A stretch of DNA of 64,000 nt, from the NCBI GenBank assembly GCA_049510745.1, contig JBEKYR010000007.1:1-64000 (forward strand), given 5' to 3'. Positions 1-7,495 of the stretch are shown one piece after another (within the stretch, counting starts at the first letter, position 1; each line of letters begins with the position of its first letter). Made by a program: the position numbers and the translations under genes. The DNA comes from Verrucomicrobiota bacterium. GTDB lineage: Bacteria; Verrucomicrobiota; Verrucomicrobiia; Limisphaerales; Palsa-1400. The notes beneath the pieces are model-generated. The model searched no databases and had not been told where the DNA came from. It saw only the letters and a program-made list of their open reading frames with translations.

Positions 1-2019
1 GCCGCAACTGTCCGCCGCTGAAATGGTGTAAGTCCGCGTCACGGTGCAGCCGCTGGTCACGTCCGCATGGGTCACGCCAAAGCTGGCCAGCGCCGTTCCG
101 CAAGCCGCAGTCACCGTCACGCTGTTGGTTGCCATGCTGTCGGTCGGAGGCGTCGGATTGCAGCCCAGGTTGCCGCCCGGCGGCACCTTGTTCAACGTCA
201 ACGGAGTCGTGTTCACCGTCCAGGTGTAAACCACCGTGGCCGAGCCGGTGTTGCCAAAACTGTCCGTCGCTGTAATCGTGTAAGTCCGCGTTATGGTGCA
301 GCCGTTGGGCACATCAACATGGGTCACGCCAAACTTCGTCACGGTCGCACTGCAGGTCACATTCACCGTCACTCCGTTGGTTGCCATGTAGTCGGTCGGA
401 GGCGTCGGATTGCAGCCCAGGTTGCCGCCCGGCGGCACGTTGCTGAAGGTCAATGGCGCAACGTCTGGCGTCCAGGAGACGCTGCCCACACAGGAACTGC
501 AAACCGTGACCGGGTTCCCGGCCAGATTATATACCGAGCAGTGATTGGCGTCGGGGGCGGCCGAACCGTTGACCAGCAAGTTGAAAGTCATATTGCCGGG
601 GCAACTGAACGGCTCGACACACAGGCTGAAATTCTGGCAGGCGCCCGGCCCAAGACTGAAAGGGGCCGGCAAGGTGCAACCCAGCGCGGACAATTGAGGC
701 GAGGTGATGGTCAAGCCGGTCAACGCCGAGGAACCGGTGTTGCAAACATTTACGCTGAACGTCACTTCCGGGGGCGAGGAGAAGTAATTCGTCCCGGACA
801 AAAGCACATTATTATCATTTGGATTGCCGTCCAAATCGAGCGGCGAATAGAGTGTCAGGGCACAAGTAACCGAAGCCTTGTCCACCAGCGCAATAGCGGA
901 ATCGACGCCGGAAACCGGCGTTCCGTTGGTGATCCTCTGCGTGCCGTTGGTGACAGTCGCCGCCAAGTCGGCGTCGGCTTGCACCAAAACCGTGTTGGTC
1001 GCGTTGGCGCCGAAGGCCATGGAAAAGAACGCCGTGGCCGAAGCGCCCGGCTCGAAGACTGTCGTGGGAGTGGCGAAGTAATTGGCGGTAAGGGTGCCGA
1101 GCAAATTGTCCGTTACGACGACATTGGTGAGCGGGATGGTGCCGCAGTTGGTGAGGGTGATTTGGTAGCAGAAAGCCGCGTCGTTAACGCCCGAGCAGCC
1201 GACGCCCGCGAACCCTTCCGCGATTTTCCCAAAAGTGCCGCAAGTGTTCCCCGGACTGAAGCACGCAACGTCCTTGGTCACACCGACGCACGGGACGCAG
1301 GGGAAGGGAACTTCAATGCAGGTCAATTGCACTGGGAAATCAGGTGGGGAACCTTTGTCCGGCGCGGTGATGGCCAGGACAACGACGATTGTGTTGCCGC
1401 ATTCCGGTCGCCAATTCACCGCATTGGCGAGGGCGTCATTCACCATCGCGGCCACATTGTTTGTGTTATATGTCAAACCCTTATATCCATTAGTTTGCCA
1501 CCAGGAATTGGGCGGAAGCGGTCCGCCAATAATATTCCAAATAGCGCCTTGGATATCCCAATAGGACGCACCACTGAGTTTGTGGTTGAGGATGTAATTG
1601 ACCTGATTCCATTGCGCCATCGTGTCGTTAGTAGCCGTTGATGGGTACGAAAAACTGTAGGTGGCACCGAGATCTGCCAGTTCAGTATCAATGTTTGGGT
1701 CGCAACTTGAATACATCAGAACGCTGTAGCTCTCGGGCCCGTTGTCGATGTCGTCCGTGACATCGAGACACCAGCCCAAGTAAACGCCCGCCGGAACCGT
1801 CGAGTTCCCAACCGTGACCGTATCCTTAAAAGCTGCCAGATTATTGGTTGATGTGTAGCTATTGTTTAGTTGATAGTAGGCTTCAATCGTTACTGACGCG
1901 GTGCCAGGATTGGGGGAAAAAGTGAGGCCGCATGTTTGAGCCACCAAGGGGCTTTCAAAGCCCAGCAAAGTGCCAAGACAAATTACCGAACACATCAATA
2001 CAGGTCTAAGGATTTTCAT
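1..2019 (-). CDS. Large secreted Cys-rich surface protein with an N-terminal thioester-domain-like module, a DUF11/DUF7507-like domain and 84-aa HYR-like repeats; runs off the window edge (3' end missing)
   Basis: Translated by hand (absent from the ORF track because there is no stop in the window): MKILRPVLMCSVICLGTLLGFESPLVAQT signal peptide, then YLGWCLD, VNYILNH, DIQGAIW, PVQLTCIEV, then VTKDV..FCYQITLTNCGTIPLTNVVVTD, then repeats ending TRTYTITATDSFGN. Confidence 0.85.
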   Translation of the reverse strand, partial: MKILRPVLMCSVICLGTLLGFESPLVAQTCGLTFSPNPGTASVTIEAYYQLNNSYTSTNNLAAFKDTVTVGNSTVPAGVYLGWCLDVTDDIDNGPESYSVLMYSSCDPNIDTELADLGATYSFSYPSTATNDTMAQWNQVNYILNHKLSGASYWDIQGAIWNIIGGPLPPNSWWQTNGYKGLTYNTNNVAAMVNDALANAVNWRPECGNTIVVVLAITAPDKGSPPDFPVQLTCIEVPFPCVPCVGVTKDVACFSPGNTCGTFGKIAEGFAGVGCSGVNDAAFCYQITLTNCGTIPLTNVVVTDNLLGTLTANYFATPTTVFEPGASATAFFSMAFGANATNTVLVQADADLAATVTNGTQRITNGTPVSGVDSAIALVDKASVTCALTLYSPLDLDGNPNDNNVLLSGTNYFSSPPEVTFSVNVCNTGSSALTGLTITSPQLSALGCTLPAPFSLGPGACQNFSLCVEPFSCPGNMTFNLLVNGSAAPDANHCSVYNLAGNPVTVCSSCVGSVSWTPDVAPLTFSNVPPGGNLGCNPTPPTDYMATNGVTVNVTCSATVTKFGVTHVDVPNGCTITRTYTITATDSFGNTGSATVVYTWTVNTTPLTLNKVPPGGNLGCNPTPPTDSMATNSVTVTAACGTALASFGVTHADVTSGCTVTRTYTISAADSCG
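139..438. repeat. Intragenic direct repeat, 252-bp period (84-aa domain repeat)
   Basis: An identical 48-mer GTCGGTCGGAGG...CGGCGGCAC lies at 139-186 and 391-438; flanks are similar. Confidence 0.9.
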
Positions 2020-2142
2020 AAGCAATTGACGCACGAAAGCGGACAGAACAATAGGTAAAGCTCTCATTCTATATGGAACGAGCAAAAACCTGCCGACAAG
2101 CCTTCCAACCAATCGGCACACGAAACGGTTTATTGGCGGCGA

Positions 2143-2319
2143 TTAGCGGCGGAATCTGCGAATTGCCGCAAGGCCCGCACAGGCCAAACCGAACAGGGCG
2201 GACGTGGAACTGGCATCCGGGAGTGGGTGAGGCTTTGCGCTGGCGGTTTGGGTCAACGCCGCCAAAAGCGTCACGAAAATTGCTCCATCCAACAACCGAG
2301 TGATAATTTGCTTCTTCAT
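2143..2319 (-). CDS. 58-aa micro-protein: signal peptide plus VPDSG-CTERM (PEP-CTERM-like) exosortase sorting signal
   Basis: MKKQIITRLLDGAIFVTLLAALTQTASAKPHPLPDASSTSALFGLACAGLAAIRRFRR*. LPDASST motif, hydrophobic helix and Arg cluster; below the ORF-track size cutoff; directly behind a sigma54 motif. Confidence 0.8.
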   Translation of the reverse strand: MKKQIITRLLDGAIFVTLLAALTQTASAKPHPLPDASSTSALFGLACAGLAAIRRFRR

Positions 2320-2389
2320 ATTTTTACTTTATTTTTTGACAGCTCAAAACCGACTGAACCTGTCTCAGACGTGCCATTTCGGCGGTTAG

Positions 2390-2405
2390 AGCCAATACTG
2401 TGCCA
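2390..2405 (-). promoter_or_regulatory. Sigma54 -24/-12 promoter
   Basis: Minus strand reads TGGCACAGTATTGGCT (GG-N10-GC), about 70 nt upstream of the micro-protein ATG. Confidence 0.7.
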
Positions 2406-2503
2406 AAATTGGACAAATCAACAAAAGTGCATCTAAGCACTTTATTACAAGCCACTTAGGTTCAAGCAATGCGATTCCAATGAATGAAAACAGGACATCA
2501 AAC

Positions 2504-2520
2504 TGTAAAAGAATCCGACG
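2504..2520. promoter_or_regulatory. Putative PrsR enhancer site, copy 1
   Basis: TGTAAAAGAATCCGACG; its reverse complement CGTCGGATTCTTTTACA resembles the 2610-2626 copy; about 100 bp upstream of the sigma54 site. Confidence 0.55.
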
Positions 2521-2609
2521 GTTTTGCTTGCGAAAGTTCATGGTAATAGGGTCATAACAGCCTGTCCCTAAACTATTTACACACTAAATATGGCCTCTCC
2601 AGCCGGTAA

Positions 2610-2626
2610 TGTCGGAGTTTCCTACA
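2610..2626. promoter_or_regulatory. Putative PrsR enhancer site, copy 2
   Basis: TGTCGGAGTTTCCTACA (TGT-N11-ACA dyad, typical of sigma54 activator sites). Confidence 0.55.
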
Positions 2627-2700
2627 AATATCAGGTGTTTTACCCATGCCGGGCTAGGGGAATAGCCCTGCCAAAGGAGCGAAAAACGTCGGCTCCAGAC

Positions 2701-4053
2701 CTACTCCTTGGCAATCCCATATTTATCCATCAGATCGTAAAGAGTGGGGCGGCTGATGCCCAGTTCCACGGCGGCGGGCGCGATTCTCCCGGCGTGCTTC
2801 TTCAATGCGTTTTGAATCATTTCGCGTTCGAGGTTTTCGCGGGCGTCCTTCAGCGTCGTATTGGCGGCGGTGGCCGCGGCCGAGCTTAATTCGAGGTCGC
2901 GAATGTTCAACCGCTTTCCTTCCGCCATGATAACGGCGCGGCGCACCTGGTTCTCCAATTGGCGCACGTTGCCCGGCCAATGGTAGCGGTCCAAGGCCCG
3001 CAAGGCCTCTTGATCAAACGACAATCCGGTCTTGCCCGTCTGCGAGGCAAAGCGTTGCAGGAAAAACTGCGCCAGCAAACGGATGTCTCCCTCGCGCTCG
3101 CGCAACGGCGGCAGGGTGATCTGCACCACCGCCAGCCGATAAAAAAGGTCCTCGCGGAACGTGCCCGCCAGCATCCCCTTGCGCAAGTCCGCGTTGGTCG
3201 CCGTCACCACCCGGGCGTCGATTTGAATGGACTGGCGGCCCCCGACCCGTTCGATGAATTGCTCCTGGAGAAAGCGCAGCAGTTTGACCTGCAACGGGAG
3301 CGGGATTTCGCCGATCTCATCCAGGAAAAGCGTGCCGCCGTTGGCGTTCTCAAAACGGCCCTTGCGCTGGGCGTGCGCCCCCGTGAAAGCTCCTTTCTCG
3401 TGGCCAAAAAGCTCGCTCTCCAAAAGCGTTTCCGGGATGGCGCTGCAGTTGATGGCGATAAAAGGCCCGTCCCGGCGCGCGCTGCTTTGGTGAATGGCCA
3501 GCGCCGCCATTTCCTTGCCCGTTCCGCTCTCCCCCAGCAACAGCACGGGCGCGTCGGTCGTGGCCACCTTGCGAATGGAATCAAACACCGTGCGGATGGC
3601 CGGGCTGGTGCCCATCATGCCTTCGAAATTATTGCCGGAAATCAAGTTCTGCATCTGCCGAAACTCCACTTCCAGGCTGGCGACGTGAAATCCGCGCCGG
3701 ACCATGACCTTGAGTTCTTCCATATCAACCGGTTTGCCCAGGAAGTCGTAGGCGCCGGCGCCGACCGCGCGCAAGGCGATGCTCTTTTCACCCTGGCCGG
3801 TGATGACAATCACCTTGGTCAGGCGTTCCAAGGCGGTGATCTGGGACAAGGTGGCCAGCCCTTCGTCCGGCTCACCCGGGTGGGGGGGCAGGCCCAAATC
3901 CAGCAAAACGACCAGCGGGCGCTCGGCTTGAAAGACCTCAAGCGCGCTGGCCCCGTCCTCCGCCAGGATAATGTCATAGTCCGCGGCCAGGCCCCACTTC
4001 ATTTGTGTGCGAATCTCTTCGTCGTCATCGACGATCAACAGTTTATGTTTCAT
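2701..4053 (-). CDS. prsR: PEP-CTERM-box sigma54-dependent response regulator
   Basis: Receiver domain with LLDLGLPP, AAA+ GESGTGKE and GAFTGA, Fis-type HTH; overlaps the prsK-like kinase by 4 nt. Confidence 0.9.
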   Translation of the reverse strand: MKHKLLIVDDDEEIRTQMKWGLAADYDIILAEDGASALEVFQAERPLVVLLDLGLPPHPGEPDEGLATLSQITALERLTKVIVITGQGEKSIALRAVGAGAYDFLGKPVDMEELKVMVRRGFHVASLEVEFRQMQNLISGNNFEGMMGTSPAIRTVFDSIRKVATTDAPVLLLGESGTGKEMAALAIHQSSARRDGPFIAINCSAIPETLLESELFGHEKGAFTGAHAQRKGRFENANGGTLFLDEIGEIPLPLQVKLLRFLQEQFIERVGGRQSIQIDARVVTATNADLRKGMLAGTFREDLFYRLAVVQITLPPLREREGDIRLLAQFFLQRFASQTGKTGLSFDQEALRALDRYHWPGNVRQLENQVRRAVIMAEGKRLNIRDLELSSAAATAANTTLKDARENLEREMIQNALKKHAGRIAPAAVELGISRPTLYDLMDKYGIAKE

Positions 4054-6164
4054 TTGCCTCGTTTCTGGATGGGCAGCAGGACGCGGAAAGTGGTGCCTTT
4101 CTTCAATTCACTTTCCACCTCGATGCGCCCGCCATGTGCTTCGACAATCATCTTGCTCTGAAACATGCCGATGCCAAAGCCATTTTTCTTGGTGGTTTGA
4201 AAGGGCCGGAACAAGGCCCGGCTCAAAAAATCGGGCGCCATCCCGCACCCGTTGTCGGCCACCAGCAACACTGCCCAGCCGTCGCTTTGACTGGTTTCAA
4301 TGCGCACTTGGCCGCCTTCGGCAACGGCTTCGGTGGCGTTGATGACCAGGTTGGTCACCACTTTGAGGAACTGTTCCGGGTCCAGCAGGAGCCGGGGGCA
4401 TGGACGCAGGTTTTTGACCAGGCTCACCCCCGCGACGCCGTTCCAACTGGCCAAGGCCGGGGCGATGACGTCGTTGAGGTCCGATTCGACCGGCTTGATC
4501 TGCAGGTCGTGCCGCAACTGGCTCAGGCGGCCGATCAACTGATTGATGTGATCGCACGTTTTGGCCACTCCCCGCAAGGCGTCCTCGCGGAAAGCCGGGT
4601 TGTCGAAATGCACCGGCAGGTTCTGCAACATCAAATTGAGCGTCGAAGCCGTATTCTTCAAATCATGGATGAAAAAGGCCGACATGGTTTGAAACGCCTC
4701 CAGTTCCTTGGCCTGGAGCAGTTTCTGCGACAGTTGCGCGTTGCGCAGCCCGGACGCCACCTGGTCCCCCACGCATCGCAGCAATTCAAAATCCTGCAAC
4801 GAAAAGAAAACCCCGCTCACGCGGTCCGCCAAAGCGATCAACCCGAGCAATTCGCCGCCGGCAATCAACGGCACGCAAACCCGCCCGCCCCCCGTGCGGA
4901 ACTGCGTCGGCGTGCAATGCCGGAGCACCGCCGCCCAGGTTTCCTGCGAAGTCTCCACCTCGACCGGGTCGGGATGGCGATGCAAAGCGCGCAGGATCGC
5001 CGCCGCCTCTTCCTTTTGCGGCTGCAAGCTGGCCCCCGCCGCGGCGGAGAGCGACGTCGAAGCGGCAAAGACCAGGTTCTCCTTTTTATCGTCCACCAGC
5101 CAGATTGTCGCCGAGAGCACGTCGAATATCTGGGAAATCAAGGCGGCGGCGGCCTGGCAGAGGTCCCCTTGATTGACGCGCGTCGTGGTCCCCTCCGTCA
5201 ACGTCCTCCACACCGTCCGGTAATCGTGAAGCGGCCGCTGAAAATAGCGGCTGATAAACCGCCGGGTATGCAGCCGCACCCGGTCCGACAGCACGATCAC
5301 GGTCAGTGCGACCAATCCGGCCAAAAGAAGGAACGCGCGGGCTTGAAAGCTTCTGGCGCTGCCAATCCACACCGCCAGCTTGGCGTAGAGGCCCAGGCTC
5401 AACAGGTAAATGCCTGCCACCAGAACGGTCAGCGAGTTCCCCAACACCGCCTTGGAGGGGAAGACGGCCACTGCCGAGACATCGCGAAAGAGCGAGCGCA
5501 ACATGAGCAGGCACCCCAGAATCAGCGCCCCGCAATCCACCGACCCCAGCGCCGGATCGATCCCCCGCGTGGCCAGGGCCTGGCTGGCCGTGTAAGCGCG
5601 CACGGCAAAAAGAAGGCCCAGCGCCAGGATCATGAATTTGATGCGCCACCGCATCGTTCCCACCGCCGCCTGCAACGTGCGCTCAAGGTTCATCAGCACC
5701 GCGATGCTCCAGACCAGAAACAACCCGTACAACGCCATCCCGCCCCGCTCCAACTGAAAAATCCACTGCGCCTCATCGCTCATGTTGACAGGGCTGATCA
5801 TCGCCCCCCTTCCCGGAAAGACCCCGATCAGCGCCACCGGCAGGACAAACGCCCCGAGAACGGCCCAGCGCCATTGGCGGAAAAACTCCCGATAGTTGCC
5901 CCGCGCGTAGCTCAAACTGAACAGCAGCCAGACCCCCGGCAGAAACGACATCGCCACCAGGCGCCACATGTGCCAGAACCTGGCGTTGCGCTCCACCAGC
6001 GCGTCGCTGGCCAGCCCGAGCAGGACGCTTTCCGCCACCAGCAAGCCCATCCCGGCCGCGAAAAACCAGACCGCGATCGAGCGCCAGCCCCGGAACACGG
6101 CGATCAGCATGACCGCGCCCGCGCACACCGCACTGGCATACGCAAGTGTCGCTGCTGTGCTCAT
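4050..6164 (-). CDS. prsK: PEP-CTERM system sensor histidine kinase
   Basis: Multi-TM N-terminus, NLERT motif, GAF region, H-box FQTMSAFFIHDLKN, HATPase with FRPFQTTK..GFGIG. Confidence 0.9.
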   Translation of the reverse strand: MSTAATLAYASAVCAGAVMLIAVFRGWRSIAVWFFAAGMGLLVAESVLLGLASDALVERNARFWHMWRLVAMSFLPGVWLLFSLSYARGNYREFFRQWRWAVLGAFVLPVALIGVFPGRGAMISPVNMSDEAQWIFQLERGGMALYGLFLVWSIAVLMNLERTLQAAVGTMRWRIKFMILALGLLFAVRAYTASQALATRGIDPALGSVDCGALILGCLLMLRSLFRDVSAVAVFPSKAVLGNSLTVLVAGIYLLSLGLYAKLAVWIGSARSFQARAFLLLAGLVALTVIVLSDRVRLHTRRFISRYFQRPLHDYRTVWRTLTEGTTTRVNQGDLCQAAAALISQIFDVLSATIWLVDDKKENLVFAASTSLSAAAGASLQPQKEEAAAILRALHRHPDPVEVETSQETWAAVLRHCTPTQFRTGGGRVCVPLIAGGELLGLIALADRVSGVFFSLQDFELLRCVGDQVASGLRNAQLSQKLLQAKELEAFQTMSAFFIHDLKNTASTLNLMLQNLPVHFDNPAFREDALRGVAKTCDHINQLIGRLSQLRHDLQIKPVESDLNDVIAPALASWNGVAGVSLVKNLRPCPRLLLDPEQFLKVVTNLVINATEAVAEGGQVRIETSQSDGWAVLLVADNGCGMAPDFLSRALFRPFQTTKKNGFGIGMFQSKMIVEAHGGRIEVESELKKGTTFRVLLPIQKRGK

Positions 6165-6302
6165 CAATATCGGCCCATCCGCTGCGTTTTCATTTCAGGT
6201 TGCGCGTTCACGCGCCATCGTAAGCGCTGACTCCCGCCCCAAGCAACGAAAAACGGTTCCCCGACGTTATCAGTGGATTCACGCACAGAACCGCAAGGCC
6301 TG

Positions 6303-6349
6303 GGGAGCGCGACTGTCCCGGTCGCCGCGGAGCGCGTCTCGCGCTCCGC
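6303..6349 (+). repeat. REP-like GC-rich double hairpin
   Basis: GGGAGC-GCGACTGTCCCGGTCGC followed by GCGGAGCGCG-TCT-CGCGCTCCGC; similar elements at 15898 and 39802. Confidence 0.55.
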
Positions 6350-6382
6350 TTCCCGGCTCATTGCCATCCATCGATTTCTCAA

Positions 6383-6724
6383 TGGAAACCGATTCGGCGC
6401 GGCTGGTGTTTGGGCGGCAGTGGGTTTCGGCGGGAGTTATTGGAGCAGATGCGTGGCTGCACCGGGCTTAATCACGGCGGGGAGCAGCGGCGGGAAACAG
6501 AGCAAGCGTGGGCCGAACACCTGCTGGCGGACCAACTCCAGCGGCGGCGGTGGACCGCAGCGGACCTGGCGCAACGCCGCCAAGGCGATGGGCAGAAAGG
6601 CAAGATGGCCCGACGGCTTCGCCAGGAAACGACAACGACCTTGCCCTGGATTGCCCAACGCCTCAACATGGCCGTGGCGGGTTCCCTGGCGAACCTGCCG
6701 CGTGCTGCGGGAAGAAAACGATAA
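6383..6724 (+). pseudogene. C-terminal remnant of a REP-associated (Y1) tyrosine transposase-like protein
   Basis: WKPIRRGWCLGGSGFRRELLEQM...ARRLRQETTTTLPWIAQRLNM resembles the C-terminal HTH part of such proteins; no catalytic HuH domain; next to a REP-like hairpin. Confidence 0.6.
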
Positions 6725-6959
6725 TATGCGATTACTTGGTAATGACCCGTTTATGGTCGGAAAGTTTTACGCACAATGGCCGAGCGGCGGGAAAGGGGCT
6801 TTTCTGGCGTCGCGGCGGGAAGAAGCGTGCCAACGCTCAATGGTTCAACCTCCCACGCGCGCATCATCAATCGGACAAAACTATGATTTGGCGCCTTTTA
6901 CGCGCTTTTTGTGAATGTCATTCCGAATTCCGGGCTGCCCCCTTCGTCCCTTCGGGTTT

Positions 6960-7493
6960 TTAGTTCATCGAGCCGGGCAAAGCAACCGACCAGTTCTCCG
7001 TTCGGAGTTGAATCGGAAACTCGCCGCGTTGAAACACACGTTCGGATGCCTCCTTGATTTTCTGCATGCTGTCGTGTGTAACGAGAATCAAGTTGTGTTC
7101 CAACGCCACGCTTACAATCAAAAGGTCCGGCTCATCAACGCCGAGTTCTTTGCCAGTAACCTTGTCGAACAAGTCCTCTGGCCGCCTCTTCTTTGGCGGC
7201 GCATATAATCGCCAGAGTTCCGCGCGTATCAAGGAATACGGAATGATTGTGCCATCATCCACGGGCAAATGCGGGTATTGAGCAAAGAACGACCGCAATT
7301 CAACTCGCTTCTGAGGGACGACGTTGGGTGCTTTCGCCATGCCAAATTCAATCTCTGCGATTGCCATCACCGGCAACAGAACAAGGCTGTCGCCGATGGC
7401 GGCAAGACGTTGTGATGTTGGAGCGTGGTCTGGTCGCGTCTTGTCAGCGAGCGCCGAGATGACATTGGTGTCAAGGAGGTATCCGTCAGACAT
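6960..7493 (-). CDS. PIN-domain (VapC-like) ribonuclease
   Basis: YLLDTNVIS, IAEIEFG, DEPDLLIVSVALEHNLILVTHD; strong SD GGGGAGGTGA inside the end of the upstream gene. Confidence 0.9.
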   Translation of the reverse strand: MSDGYLLDTNVISALADKTRPDHAPTSQRLAAIGDSLVLLPVMAIAEIEFGMAKAPNVVPQKRVELRSFFAQYPHLPVDDGTIIPYSLIRAELWRLYAPPKKRRPEDLFDKVTGKELGVDEPDLLIVSVALEHNLILVTHDSMQKIKEASERVFQRGEFPIQLRTENWSVALPGSMN

Positions 7494-7495
7494 GG

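Noticed and set aside
67..1641. 524-aa plus-strand ORF
   Set aside because: Shadow of the real minus-strand gene (1-2019), which has a signal peptide and recognisable motifs.
2361..2376. Additional TGGCAC words (also 2081-2095 and 22041)
   Set aside because: No GC at the required GG-N10-GC spacing.
2020..2380. Possible riboswitch in a long leader (GCAAAGCC-like words)
   Set aside because: The region is explained by the 58-aa ORF, and the full c-di-GMP-I pattern is absent.
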